From an uncultured Gemmatimonadales bacterium (lineage in GTDB: Bacteria; Gemmatimonadota; Gemmatimonadetes; Longimicrobiales; Longimicrobiaceae): a stretch of 64,000 nucleotides of DNA. Under the pieces are notes generated by a model. It saw nothing but the letters and a program-made list of their open reading frames with translations. It was not told the origin of the DNA and ran no database searches. Positions 1-9,976 of the stretch are shown piece after piece. A program made the position numbers and the translations under genes. The stretch is from assembly GCA_963716255.1 (NCBI GenBank), contig OY970303.1, positions 5,024,001 through 5,088,000 of the forward strand. The letters are read 5' to 3'. The number at the start of each line of letters is the position of its first letter. The stretch's first letter is position 1.

Positions 1-71
1 GTCACGGTGAACAGGGCCAAATCGATGCCGCCGTGGTACGCGCTGGCCTTCATCATCAAGTACATGTGAGA

Positions 72-1214
72 ATGGCGGTTCCGGAGATGCCGGCGCGCCC
101 GTCCGGCCTGGACGGGGCGCTGGAGGCGGCGCTCTCGGCGCGGGCGGGCGGCGCGGTGCGGGCGACCACGTGGGAGAGCTTGTCGGCGCGCATCTCGCCC
201 GTGTGGCGGGTGCGGCTGGACGGTCCCGACGGCTCGCCCGCGTCCGTCGTGGTGAAGCACCTCGCCGCGCAGTGGTACGGGACGCCGGCGGCGGCCGACG
301 TGCCCCGGGAGTTCCTGGAGGAGGCGGCCGTCTACGAGTTCCTGGAGGAGGGCTGCTCCGGCTTCCGAGACCACGCGGCGCGACTGGCGTGGCTGGACGA
401 CGGCGCGCTGGTGCTGGAGGACCTGGGCGTGGGCGACCGCTCGCTCCCGCCCGCCCGCGCGGGAGATCTGCTGGCCGCCACCTTCGCGCGCCTGCACGCG
501 GCCACGATGCGCCGCGCCGACTTCCACCGCGCCGCCCGCCGCGCGCACGGGATCGACGTGGACACCCCCGACCTCCGCTACGACGGCGACGTGGCCGCCG
601 CGCGCCGGTTCGCCCGCGGCGCCGAGACGCTGGCGGGGTGGTGCGAGGCGCTCGCCGTGGCTTCCGCCGAGGAGACGGCGGCGCTGCTGGCGGCGGTGGA
701 GGCGGCGGTGACGCGGCCGGGTCCGTTCCACGCGCTGATCCACGACGACCTGGCGTCCGCCCGGCAGTGCGTGGTGCGCGACGGGCGCCTGCTGCTGCTC
801 GACTGGGAGAACGCCAAGCACGCCCACGCCCTGCGCGACCTGGCGAAGGTGCTCGTCGGCAAGTTCGAGCGCAGCCTCGACACGGGCGAGATGATCCGCG
901 TCTGCCCGGAGATGGAGCCGGGTCTCGCCGATCTGTACCGCTGCGAGCTGGCCCGCGCCGGCGGCCCCGACGTGGACGACGCCGTGTGGGGCGAAGCGCT
1001 GGGCGGCGCGCTGCTCTACAACACGGTGGTGCAGGTGGGCGCGCTCGTCGGCCTCTACTCCGTGACGGCGGTGACGGGCCAGGTTCTTCCCAACCTGCGC
1101 GGCATCGTGCTCCGGATGGGCGAGGTCCTGCACGGCCATACCGGCTGGGAGGGCCCGCGCCGCATTCTCCAGCAGCTCGCCGCCCGCATCGCCTGCGGAG
1201 CGGCGGCCTTCTGA
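72..1214 (+). CDS. Aminoglycoside phosphotransferase/choline kinase-like protein
   Basis: VVVKH (ATP-binding Lys region), LVLEDLG hinge, IHDDL catalytic loop and LLLLDWE metal-binding motif. Start uncertain (GTG 33, ATG 72 or ATG 87). Confidence 0.7.
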   Translation: MAVPEMPARPSGLDGALEAALSARAGGAVRATTWESLSARISPVWRVRLDGPDGSPASVVVKHLAAQWYGTPAAADVPREFLEEAAVYEFLEEGCSGFRDHAARLAWLDDGALVLEDLGVGDRSLPPARAGDLLAATFARLHAATMRRADFHRAARRAHGIDVDTPDLRYDGDVAAARRFARGAETLAGWCEALAVASAEETAALLAAVEAAVTRPGPFHALIHDDLASARQCVVRDGRLLLLDWENAKHAHALRDLAKVLVGKFERSLDTGEMIRVCPEMEPGLADLYRCELARAGGPDVDDAVWGEALGGALLYNTVVQVGALVGLYSVTAVTGQVLPNLRGIVLRMGEVLHGHTGWEGPRRILQQLAARIACGAAAF

Positions 1215-1618
1215 CACAAGATTCGACGGAAGTGTGTACTACACGAAACCGACGTCGGTGGCGAACCCAAATTCGGAAGGGGAGGGCGACGGGGTCGCTG
1301 ATTCCGGCAACTGGTCGAACGGATACGGGCCACTATCCCTCCCTATGAGAACCTCACTTTCGCCAAGTCCACACATCCGATTATTTCCGTTTCGTGACCG
1401 GACCCCAATCCCCCCTCTGCAACGACCCGATGCGGAATCGCGGTAGTTCTGCGCGAGCCTGCGCGTCGGTTCCGGCCGGGCCTCCCCGGAAAGCTCTCCC
1501 CGGGTGAGGGGTGTGCCTTCCGGAGTCATGGCCGCCTTCGGCAGCAGAGTGTCGAATGGCATGCAAAAGCCCGATATTCGGCTCGGAGCAGAGCGTCAGG
1601 CTGCCATCGGCAAAGGGA

Positions 1619-2671
1619 TCAGCTGTCCGGCGCGCCGGGAGGGAGGCGACGCGCGCGGGCCCGGAGCGCGTCCAGGTTGGCGCGCTCGCCCTCCGCTTCC
1701 AGCAGCTCGCGGCGGCGTGCGGCGAACTTCTCGTACTCGGCCTCGGCGTGGCTGTCGGCGTCGGCTTTGCGCACGTGCCCGGCGTCGGGCAGCACGTCGC
1801 GCTCGTTGAAGCGGAGGAACGCGTCCAGCCGCTCCTCCCAGTCGCGCAGGAAGATTTGCCGGCGTCGGCGGGCCTGGTCCTCCGCGTAGTCCAGCCACAT
1901 GACCACGATGCGGTTCAGCTCGTCGATCTCGCCGTCGCGCAGGTAGTTCTTGGCCACCTTCACGTCGCTCTTGCGCACGCCTGTGCCCTTCCACGTGGTC
2001 AGACCCATGTGGGGCTGGCCGTGGTCCGCCCGCTCGCGGATCAGCTCCGCGGCGGTGCGGCCGGTGGCAGCGTAGTGCAGCTTGTTCTGGATCGTCTGGA
2101 AGAAGCGCGCGGTCTGCTCGTGGTTGGGGACGTAGTCGGCGGCCATGGCGAAGATCTCGCGCACGCGCAGGTACATGCGGCGCTCGCTGGCGCGGATGTC
2201 CCGGATCCGCTCCAGCAGCTCGCCGAAGTAGTCGGGCACGCCCTCGCCGTCGATGGGCGGGTTGCGCAGCCGCTCGTCGTCCAGGGTGAAGCCCTTCACC
2301 AGGTACTCGCGCAGCCGCTCCGTGGCCCAGCGGCGGAACTGCGTGCCGCGCACCGAGCGCACCCGATATCCCACCGCGAGGATGACGTCGAGGTTGTAGT
2401 GCTCGATGGAGCGGGTGACCTGCCGCTCACCCTCCCGGCGAACGATTCGGAAACTCCTAATAGTTGCCCCGGGGTCTGCCTCACCTTCGGCGAAGATGCC
2501 CTTCAGGTGCTCGTTGATGGTGGGCACCTTTACCTGGAACAGCTCGGCCATGAGCGCCTGGCTCAGCCAGAGCGTCTCGTCGGCGAAGCGGCATTCCACG
2601 CGCGTGCGGCCGTCCTCCGTCTCGTAGAGGATCAGCTCGCCGCGCACGGTCTCCGGCTCATCCTCGTGCAT
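1619..2671 (-). CDS. Virulence RhuM family protein
   Basis: ELILYETEDG..ETLWLSQALMAELF, HYNLDVILAVGYRVRSVRGTQFRRWAT, ERIRDIRASE, QNKLHYA and AKNYL are typical RhuM motifs. Confidence 0.9.
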   Translation of the reverse strand: MHEDEPETVRGELILYETEDGRTRVECRFADETLWLSQALMAELFQVKVPTINEHLKGIFAEGEADPGATIRSFRIVRREGERQVTRSIEHYNLDVILAVGYRVRSVRGTQFRRWATERLREYLVKGFTLDDERLRNPPIDGEGVPDYFGELLERIRDIRASERRMYLRVREIFAMAADYVPNHEQTARFFQTIQNKLHYAATGRTAAELIRERADHGQPHMGLTTWKGTGVRKSDVKVAKNYLRDGEIDELNRIVVMWLDYAEDQARRRRQIFLRDWEERLDAFLRFNERDVLPDAGHVRKADADSHAEAEYEKFAARRRELLEAEGERANLDALRARARRLPPGAPDS

Positions 2672-3306
2672 CCCGCTCACAGACTGCACCCGTTCTGCTG
2701 CCCCTGCTGATCGGGGATCACCGCGAAGTCGGTCCTGGCGCCGTCGGCCGGCGCCGACTTCCGGTGCCACACCACGATCCCATCCGCATTCAGCAGGACC
2801 AGGCCATCCTGTTCCATGGCTGGATGGCCTGGTCGGCAGCTTCCCCACTTCCCGGGAACCGATCTACGCTCGGCGGATCCGAAGCGAGGCAGGTCCGCCG
2901 AGGCGATCCCCGGGAAGCAATCTGCGGGGAGCGCGGCGCCTATTACATCGGCGGCACCACGGCCGGTGCCGCTGTTCCTGACAAGTCGCATCGAACAGGA
3001 AAGGCGAGTATGTACGATCCGCCGAGCGGGCGGAAGAACCCTGGAGCCCACAGACTTCACCACCCGACGTTCCTGGCTCCGGGCCTGCAATCTAGAGGTG
3101 TCCGACCGACATCGCGAGCCAAGCGATGTCCTGGGGCGGAATGGCAATGGAAGGCCATCGGACCAGTTCCCGAGCTCCCGGAGGAGGTCCCGCAGATGGC
3201 GCGCCCCGGCGTTCGGAAACCGGCCGCCCGCAGGCCGTTGGGGCCACGAGGCGGTGCAGCGCCGGGAGGGATCGAGGCCCCTGGCCATGGGCGATCATAG
3301 CGCGCA

Positions 3307-3630
3307 TCAGAACGGAGGGTCGTTCGGATCGACCGCCTCGGCCGGCTGCTGTAGAGGCTCTGGATCTTGATCCGGTTTCCGTACCTGTGCGGCCCTCTGG
3401 AACTCGTCCCGCACGTTGCCCCAACCATGTTCCTCGATGTGATCCAGCACGGCGAGCGCTTCGCGTCGCACGTCCTGTTTGCTGACCCGGGCCGTTTCCA
3501 GCTCGTCGAGGTTCCGCTCCACGACGGCTGCCATGATGTCGTCGGCCGTGAATGTCGGTCCAGCCATCGGGGTGTCCACCTCCATTTCGAAGGCGACAGC
3601 CTCCCAAACCATTTCACGCAGCGATTTCAC
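3307..3630 (-). CDS. Hypothetical acidic helical protein (107 aa)
   Basis: Protein-like composition unlike the Arg/Pro/Gly-rich shadow frames, GGAG upstream of the GTG start, acidic tail DPNDPPF. Confidence 0.55.
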   Translation of the reverse strand: MKSLREMVWEAVAFEMEVDTPMAGPTFTADDIMAAVVERNLDELETARVSKQDVRREALAVLDHIEEHGWGNVRDEFQRAAQVRKPDQDPEPLQQPAEAVDPNDPPF

Positions 3631-4095
3631 GCGATCTCCAGGTCGGTCTTCACAGGCAAGGGGGCGGTAACCAAAGGTCCACCATCGGAATCTCGAAGAA
3701 CCCCGGACCTGCCCGGACGAAGATCGGGTGCAGGTTCAAAGACCGCGACTAGGAGCACCTGATACTCCCCGCCCCCCGGGCTCAGGGAAGGACCGCGGAA
3801 CTCTTGATTCGGTCGAGTTCGGCCAGGTAGCGGCGGAGCAGCTCCTCTCCCGTCTCCAGAGCGGTACCTCCTACTGCGACCGCTGCCCCCGCACGCGTCG
3901 CGCGCCGCAACAGCACTCACCCCACCGAGCCCGCGGAAGCCGACAGCGACAGCCACCTTCGCCACGTCCAGCGGTTCGCATGTCACCCGGCCCGGGGGAT
4001 GAAATGCTGTGCCCTGGACCCGCACGGGAACCGGCACCCGATGTGCACTGGGCGGCGCCACACCTGCAAGCGGGGGACCGCGCGCGAGGAGGGAG

Positions 4096-5757
4096 ATGAT
4101 CAGAAGCCTGCCGCTCCTGGCTGGGCTGCTCGCACTGCTGCCGGCGGGATGCGCTTCCATCGGAGGCGCACCAATCGAGGAGGTCGCCACGCTCATCGTG
4201 GGCGGGGGCGAGCGCCACCTCCGCGATCCCATGCGTCCGTTGCGAGGTACCACTCGGGTGCTGGTGTTCGCGCTCGATGGGGTGGGCAACGACGACCTCC
4301 GGCGGGCGATCTCCGGGGGCCGACTCCGCAACGTCTCACGCCTGCTCGGCCCCCCCACGGGCGAGCCAGGGGTCTTCGCGCACGGCTACGCCGCGGCGGA
4401 CGTCCTGTCCATCCTGCCTTCGAACACCGTGGCGACGTGGGTGTCCCTCTTCACCGGCCATCCACCGGGGGAGACCGGGGTGCCGGGGAACGAGTGGTTC
4501 GCGCGCGAGGAGATGCGCTTCCACGCCCCCGTACCCGGCTCCTTCCGCTCGAACGACCACGCGATCCGCATGTACACCCAGGGATTGTTGGGAGATGCGG
4601 TGCGTGGACCGACCCTGTTCGAGGAGGTCGGGGTGAGGTCGAACGTGTCGCTGCTCCCGATTCACAGGGGTGCGGACCTGCTGCACCTGCCCAAGCTGAA
4701 CACGTTCGGGGACCTATTCGCGGAGACGGTGCAGGGCGCGGTCCGAGGACGGCCGTCGTCCAGGAGCTACAGTGAGATGGACCGGAACTCGGTTCGCAGC
4801 CTCCTGGCAGGGCTGAAGGAGTACGGGGCGCCCGACCTGCAGGTGGTCTACCTTCCTGGCGTCGACCTGTACACACACCATGCGGACCCGCCCCTGGAGG
4901 CCCAGCAGAGCTACCTGGCCGAGGTCCTGGACCCGCTCGTCGGCGATGTGCTCAACGAGTACACCCGCCAGGGGGTGCTGGACCGCACCTTCGTGGTCCT
5001 GGTGTCGGACCACGGGCACACGCCCGTGCTCGGCGACGACCGCCACGCCCTGTCCGACGAGCCCGCGACGCTCCTGGAAAGCGCCGGCTTCCGGGTACGG
5101 CCATTCTCCCTCGACGCCCCGGACGACGACTTCCAGGCGGTGATCGCGTACCAGGGGAGCATGGCGTTCCTCTACCTCGCTGACCGATCCTCCTGTCCGC
5201 AGGAGGGCACGCGCTGCGACTGGCGGCGGAGCCCCCGGACGGAGCGGGATGTCCTCCCCGTAGTGCGTGCGTTTCACCGCGCCAACCGCACCGGCGAGGG
5301 CCAGCCGGAGCTGAAAGGCACCCTCGACCTGATCTTCGCGCGGCCCGCTGCACGCTGGTGGAATCGAGGCCCCCAGCCTTTCCAAGTCTGGGACGGAGAG
5401 CGCCTGGTCCCGGTCGCAGACTACCTGCGCCGCCATCCCCGGCCGGACCTCCTCCGGCTGGGCGAGCGGATGGAGGCGCTTTCTGCGTGGCCGTACGGAC
5501 AGCGCGCTGGGGATGTGCTGCTCCTGACCCGCGCGGGCTCGCACCTGCCCATTGAGGAGCGCTACTACTTCGGGGAGGAGGGCTACACCTCCTGGCATGG
5601 CAGCCCCAGCGCGCAGGACAGCCGGATCCCGCTGGTGGTCGCACGTCCCGGGATGCGAAGTGCCGAGGTCCGGACCCTGGTGCGCCGTGCGCTCGGCACG
5701 CGCCCCTCACAGCTCCATTTCGCCCCTCTGGTTCAGCTGCTTCTTCGGCAGCCCTGA
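4096..5757 (+). CDS. Alkaline phosphatase superfamily (nucleotide pyrophosphatase/phosphodiesterase-like) lipoprotein
   Basis: RBS GAGGAGGGAG, signal peptide ending PAGC, FALDG, PSNT nucleophile loop, DLYTHH, VSDHGH and WHGS metal ligands. Confidence 0.85.
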   Translation: MIRSLPLLAGLLALLPAGCASIGGAPIEEVATLIVGGGERHLRDPMRPLRGTTRVLVFALDGVGNDDLRRAISGGRLRNVSRLLGPPTGEPGVFAHGYAAADVLSILPSNTVATWVSLFTGHPPGETGVPGNEWFAREEMRFHAPVPGSFRSNDHAIRMYTQGLLGDAVRGPTLFEEVGVRSNVSLLPIHRGADLLHLPKLNTFGDLFAETVQGAVRGRPSSRSYSEMDRNSVRSLLAGLKEYGAPDLQVVYLPGVDLYTHHADPPLEAQQSYLAEVLDPLVGDVLNEYTRQGVLDRTFVVLVSDHGHTPVLGDDRHALSDEPATLLESAGFRVRPFSLDAPDDDFQAVIAYQGSMAFLYLADRSSCPQEGTRCDWRRSPRTERDVLPVVRAFHRANRTGEGQPELKGTLDLIFARPAARWWNRGPQPFQVWDGERLVPVADYLRRHPRPDLLRLGERMEALSAWPYGQRAGDVLLLTRAGSHLPIEERYYFGEEGYTSWHGSPSAQDSRIPLVVARPGMRSAEVRTLVRRALGTRPSQLHFAPLVQLLLRQP

Positions 5758-5916
5758 TCCGCCCGGCCTCGCCGGCGGCTGGTCACGAGCGCCCGGCCGC
5801 CGAGGCCGCGCCCACGGCCCACAGCGATTCCAAGTTCCTGCGCCACCTCGCCAACCGTGTGGGTGTATGGTCCGCGGACGAACGCGACCGATCACCGAAC
5901 CGAGTGGAGGAGGCCG

Positions 5917-6993
5917 ATGCAGCCAGACTTCGTCCAGCCCGACGGCGCCTGGATCCCGGCGGAGCTCGTGTCCGCCGCCCTGCGCAGCGCTGCGGGCTCG
6001 GAAGCGGAGCCACCCTCCTTCACGCTGGTGAACCATGGCCAGTTCTTGAACGACCTCGCCGTGGCGACCCTTGCAGACGGGCGCCGGATGGTCGTCAAGC
6101 GCGGCCGGCACGCCTGGTCCGGGGAGCGGTTCGCGACGGCGCGGCGGGCGGCCGAGCTGTTCGGAGCGGCGGGCATCACCACCCCGCGCCCGGTGGATCT
6201 CCCGGCGGAGCTGGACGGGACCGCGTTCGACGCGTACTGGCGGATCGAGCTGCCCACGCTGGCGGAGCTCTGGCCTGAGCTCGGCCCCGGCGAGCGGCGG
6301 GGCGCGATGCGAAGCCTTGGTCGGCTGATGCGGACGGCCCATAGGACCCGACTCCCTGGCCATGGCGAGCTGCGGGCGGCTTCCGAGCATCCCCGGCCCC
6401 TCTCGCAGGCGCTCGCGGAAGACCTGGGCGGCCGCCTCATGCCCGCGGTACGAGCGGGGTGGCCGGACGGCGTGCCGCTGGTGGACTGGCTTCTAGGGAT
6501 GATCCTCGAGGTCGCTCGCCGCGCACCCAACTCCGGCGTGCTGCTGCACGGCGATCTCCACATGGGAAACGTCCTCTGCGAGCGCACCGGCGACACGGTG
6601 ACCTGCACGGGCCTGCTGGACCTGGAGTGCGCCCACGTGGGGCCGAGGGAAAGCGACCTGGCGAGGCTGGCCGTGATGCACACGGACCTGTTCGGAATGC
6701 CCGCCGGGGGACCCTGGGTCGAATGGGTCCGGGCAGGCTACGAAGAGCCGGTGGACCTGGTGGTCCTCGGGTTCTACGCGGTCTACCACCTGGCGCAGCT
6801 CGGCTTCCACTCCGCCTGGCTCGCCCACCACGAGCATGCGGCGAGCGTCGCCACGGCTGCACGGTCGGCTGTCGCCGCACTGCCGGCGCTTCGGCAGGCG
6901 TCGCAGGATGGGGGAAGCCGGTCGTCGGAAGCATGCAGTGGGGTCTTGCGTGCACTGCTTCCGCCCGCAGAAGAGGAGCTGGTCCGTGGGTGA
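5917..6993 (+). CDS. Aminoglycoside phosphotransferase (APH) family kinase
   Basis: RBS GGAGGAGG, MVVKR, LLHGDLHMGNVL Brenner motif, LLDLE, ESDLA. Confidence 0.85.
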   Translation: MQPDFVQPDGAWIPAELVSAALRSAAGSEAEPPSFTLVNHGQFLNDLAVATLADGRRMVVKRGRHAWSGERFATARRAAELFGAAGITTPRPVDLPAELDGTAFDAYWRIELPTLAELWPELGPGERRGAMRSLGRLMRTAHRTRLPGHGELRAASEHPRPLSQALAEDLGGRLMPAVRAGWPDGVPLVDWLLGMILEVARRAPNSGVLLHGDLHMGNVLCERTGDTVTCTGLLDLECAHVGPRESDLARLAVMHTDLFGMPAGGPWVEWVRAGYEEPVDLVVLGFYAVYHLAQLGFHSAWLAHHEHAASVATAARSAVAALPALRQASQDGGSRSSEACSGVLRALLPPAEEELVRG

Positions 6994-7286
6994 GCACGAT
7001 TTTACCGCCGAGTGTGCACGCCACCGGTGCGGGCATTGCAGTCCGTCCGGCGTGGGGGGCTGGACATCCGCCGCCCTCCGTCGCGCTCTCCCCTGTGAAT
7101 CGTGCCTGCACACCTGCACGCGATGATGCGGCGTAGTAGGGATCCAAGTGGGGGGCGCCGAACGCGTCCCGGCAGGGCTCGTTTCCCCATCGGGTCCCCA
7201 GGGAAAGCCTGGGCGGGGACCGTTCCCCTGCCCCGCGACCGGGTCAGCCGCGCCCGCCTCCGTGGCGCAGGGCGGGCGGTGAGGCG

Positions 7287-9005
7287 ATGAAGTTCATCCC
7301 CGCGCAGCTCGCCTACCTTCTCCAGAGCCGCCCCACCCGGCGCAACCTGCACTCGCTGGGGCGTTTCCTGATGTTCCTGGGCGTGATGATGCTGGCCTAC
7401 AGCGTCGCCTTCCACTTCCTGATGGCGGCCGAGGGGCAGCGGCACTCGTGGATCACCGGCCTGTACTGGACGCTCACTGTGATGTCCACCCTGGGTTTCG
7501 GGGACATCACCTTCCAGAGCGACGCGGGGCGCGCCTTCTCCATGCTGGTCCTGGTGTCGGGCGTGGTCTTCCTGCTCGTCGTCCTCCCCTTCACCTTCAT
7601 CCAGTTCTTCTACGCCCCCTGGCTGGAGGCGCAGTCGCGCATGCGGGCGCCGCGGCAGGTCCCCGAAGGGACCCGGGGACACGTCATCCTCACCCACTTC
7701 GATCCCGTCGCGCTCTCCCTGGTGCAGCGGCTCCGCTACCACGGGCGCCGCCACTTCGTCCTGGAGCCGGACCTGACCCGCGCGCTCGAGATGCACGACG
7801 AGGGCGTCTCCGTTGTGGTGGGAGACCGGGACAAGATCGAGAGCTATCGAGACCTGCACGTCGAGGACGCCGCCCTGGTCGTCCTGACCGGCGACGACTA
7901 CCTGAACACGAACATCGCGTTCACGGTCCGCGAGCTGAATGCGCGCGTGCCGGTCGTCGCCATCGCGCGCGCGAAGGACTCCGTGGACATCCTGGAGCTC
8001 GCGGGGGCCACGCAGGTGCTCCACCTCCCGGAGATGCTGGGCCGGGCGCTCGCCCGGCGTACCCTGGGCGGGGACGTGCGCGCGAACGTCATCGGCCGCT
8101 TTGGGGACCTGGTGATCGCGGAGGCCCCGGCGACCGGCACCCCGCTGATCGGCAGGACGATCGCGCAGAGCCGGCTCCGCGAGGTCACCGGGATGACGGT
8201 GGTCGGAGTCTGGGAGCGCGGCAGCTTCGAGGTTCCCCTGCCGGAAACGCCGATCCGGGCGAACACCGTGCTCGTGCTCGCCGGGACGGAAGAGCAGCTG
8301 GGGCGCTTCGCCGAGCTGATGGTGATCTACAGCGCCTCCGAGGTCCCGGCGCTCGTGATCGGGGGCGGGCGGGTCGGCCGCGCGGCGGCCCGCGGCCTCG
8401 CCGAGCGGGAGATCCCGTACCGGATCCTGGAACAGAGGCAGGAGCTGATCCGCAACCCGGCCACGTACGTCCACGGGTCGGCCGCGGACCGGGAGTGCCT
8501 GGAGCGGGCGGGGATCGGGGAGGCCGGGACCGTCATCGTCACCACCAACGACGACGCCACGAACATGTACCTGACGGTGTACTGCCGCCGTCTGCGTCCG
8601 GACATCCAAATCATCAGCCGCTCCACCCTGGAGCGGAACGTCTCGACCCTTCACCTGGCGGGCGCTGACTTCGTGCTGTCGTACGCCTCGATGGGGGCGA
8701 ACGCGATCTACAACGTGCTGGAGAAGGGCGACGTGGTCATGCTGGCGGAGGGCCTGGACATCTTCCGGACGCCCGTTCCGGCCGACCTGGTCGGGCGCTC
8801 GCTGGGCGGGACCTCCATCCGAGACGAGACCGGGTGCAGCGTCATCGCGATCGAGGAGGATGGGCGCAGGGTGGTGAATCCCCCCGCGGACATGCCGATC
8901 CCGGGCGGCCCCGGTGCCGAGCTGATCCTGATCGGCACCACGGCGAGCGAGCGCCGCTTCATGGAGCGATATGCCAACGGGGGGCGTTCGGCCCGGCACC
9001 GATAG
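7287..9005 (+). CDS. Potassium channel with tandem RCK (TrkA-N/TrkA-C) domains
   Basis: 2TM pore with filter VMSTLGFGDI, Rossmann motif IGGGRVG, repeated TrkA-C segments. Confidence 0.9.
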   Translation: MKFIPAQLAYLLQSRPTRRNLHSLGRFLMFLGVMMLAYSVAFHFLMAAEGQRHSWITGLYWTLTVMSTLGFGDITFQSDAGRAFSMLVLVSGVVFLLVVLPFTFIQFFYAPWLEAQSRMRAPRQVPEGTRGHVILTHFDPVALSLVQRLRYHGRRHFVLEPDLTRALEMHDEGVSVVVGDRDKIESYRDLHVEDAALVVLTGDDYLNTNIAFTVRELNARVPVVAIARAKDSVDILELAGATQVLHLPEMLGRALARRTLGGDVRANVIGRFGDLVIAEAPATGTPLIGRTIAQSRLREVTGMTVVGVWERGSFEVPLPETPIRANTVLVLAGTEEQLGRFAELMVIYSASEVPALVIGGGRVGRAAARGLAEREIPYRILEQRQELIRNPATYVHGSAADRECLERAGIGEAGTVIVTTNDDATNMYLTVYCRRLRPDIQIISRSTLERNVSTLHLAGADFVLSYASMGANAIYNVLEKGDVVMLAEGLDIFRTPVPADLVGRSLGGTSIRDETGCSVIAIEEDGRRVVNPPADMPIPGGPGAELILIGTTASERRFMERYANGGRSARHR

Positions 9006-9084
9006 GACGCGCGCCCGGCTTCCGCGGCGGAGGAGCGATCGGGCCGCCCCCGCAGGCCGAGTCTCAGCGCGGGCGGGCGGCGGC

Positions 9085-9624
9085 TCACCGTGGCCGATCG
9101 TCCTCCTCGAAGAACATCGCCGCGGGCGTGGCTTCCAGGTGCATGGCCCCCACCAGCCGGTCGAGCGCCGCCGCGAGGGTGTGGACCTCCGGGGCCGACA
9201 GCCGCGCCAGGCCAGCCACCAGCAGCGCCGTGGGCGCGGTCGGCGCCTGCACCAGCAGGCTCCTGCCGGCCTCGGTGATCCGCACCTCCGCCCGGCGCCG
9301 GTCGCGCGGCGACGGCGACCGCTCCGCGAGCTCGCGTCCCACGAGCCGGTCCACCACGGCGGCCACCGAGCTGCGGTCCGTCAGCGTCCGCTCGGCCAGC
9401 TCGTTGATGGAGAGCCCGTCCGCATCCGTCAGCTGGGAAAGGACGAACAGCTGCGCGGCGCTGATCCCGAGCGTGGCCTGCGTCTCCGTCGCCGCGGTCC
9501 GCATCACGCGCAGGATGCGGCGCAGCGCGTCGACCGCGGCCGCGGTATCCGCATCCCTCTCCCCACCTCCTCCGGCTTGCCCTGCATCCGTTCCCGTGTC
9601 CTTCAACTCACCCTTCATCTCCAC
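9085..9624 (-). CDS. MarR family transcriptional regulator
   Basis: GISAAQLFVL, SINELAERTLTDRSSV, VDRLVGRELAER, DRRRAEVRITEAG. Start approximate. Confidence 0.9.
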   Translation of the reverse strand: MEMKGELKDTGTDAGQAGGGGERDADTAAAVDALRRILRVMRTAATETQATLGISAAQLFVLSQLTDADGLSINELAERTLTDRSSVAAVVDRLVGRELAERSPSPRDRRRAEVRITEAGRSLLVQAPTAPTALLVAGLARLSAPEVHTLAAALDRLVGAMHLEATPAAMFFEEDDRPR

Positions 9625-9645
9625 CTCCAGCCGGTGGGTTGTTCT

Positions 9646-9667
9646 AACATGGGGGATCCCCCATATT
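9646..9667. promoter_or_regulatory. 22-bp palindromic operator, copy 1 (AACATGGGGGATCCCCCATATT)
   Basis: Perfect 16-bp core ATGGGGGATCCCCCAT between divergent marR and the small ORF/otsA. Near-identical copy at 13724-13745. Confidence 0.75.
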
Positions 9668-9729
9668 CGGATGACACGGACCAGAGATTACCGTGGCTCC
9701 GCGGAGTTCCAGACCTCGAGAAGGAATAA

Positions 9730-9909
9730 ATGACGACCACTGCGATCATCTTCATGGTGGTGATCTGGACGGCCCTGCTTGGCCTCCTCACCTGGTCGTA
9801 CGCGAAGATCCTCCGGGGGCGCCGCCACTTCGACCCGGACGGGATCGGCCCCGCCGCGCCTCCGGTGCCGGGCATGGCCGCGGAAGAGCAGCGGCCGCCG
9901 CGGTGGTGA
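9730..9909 (+). CDS. 59-aa single-pass membrane protein (absent from the ORF track)
   Basis: AAGGA RBS then MTTTAIIFMVVIWTALLGLLTWSYAKILRGRRHFDPDGIGPAAPPVPGMAAEEQRPPRW*. GC3-rich codons and a clear TM helix. Confidence 0.75.
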   Translation: MTTTAIIFMVVIWTALLGLLTWSYAKILRGRRHFDPDGIGPAAPPVPGMAAEEQRPPRW

Positions 9910-9976
9910 ACGGAGACAAGGCCGGCGTCCGGGGCGGGCAGCCCGGGAGGAGCAGCTACTCACGTCGCCGGATGCA

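Noticed and set aside
5917..6993. Aminoglycoside resistance gene
   Set aside because: Only the generic APH-fold motifs are present, and the substrate cannot be inferred.
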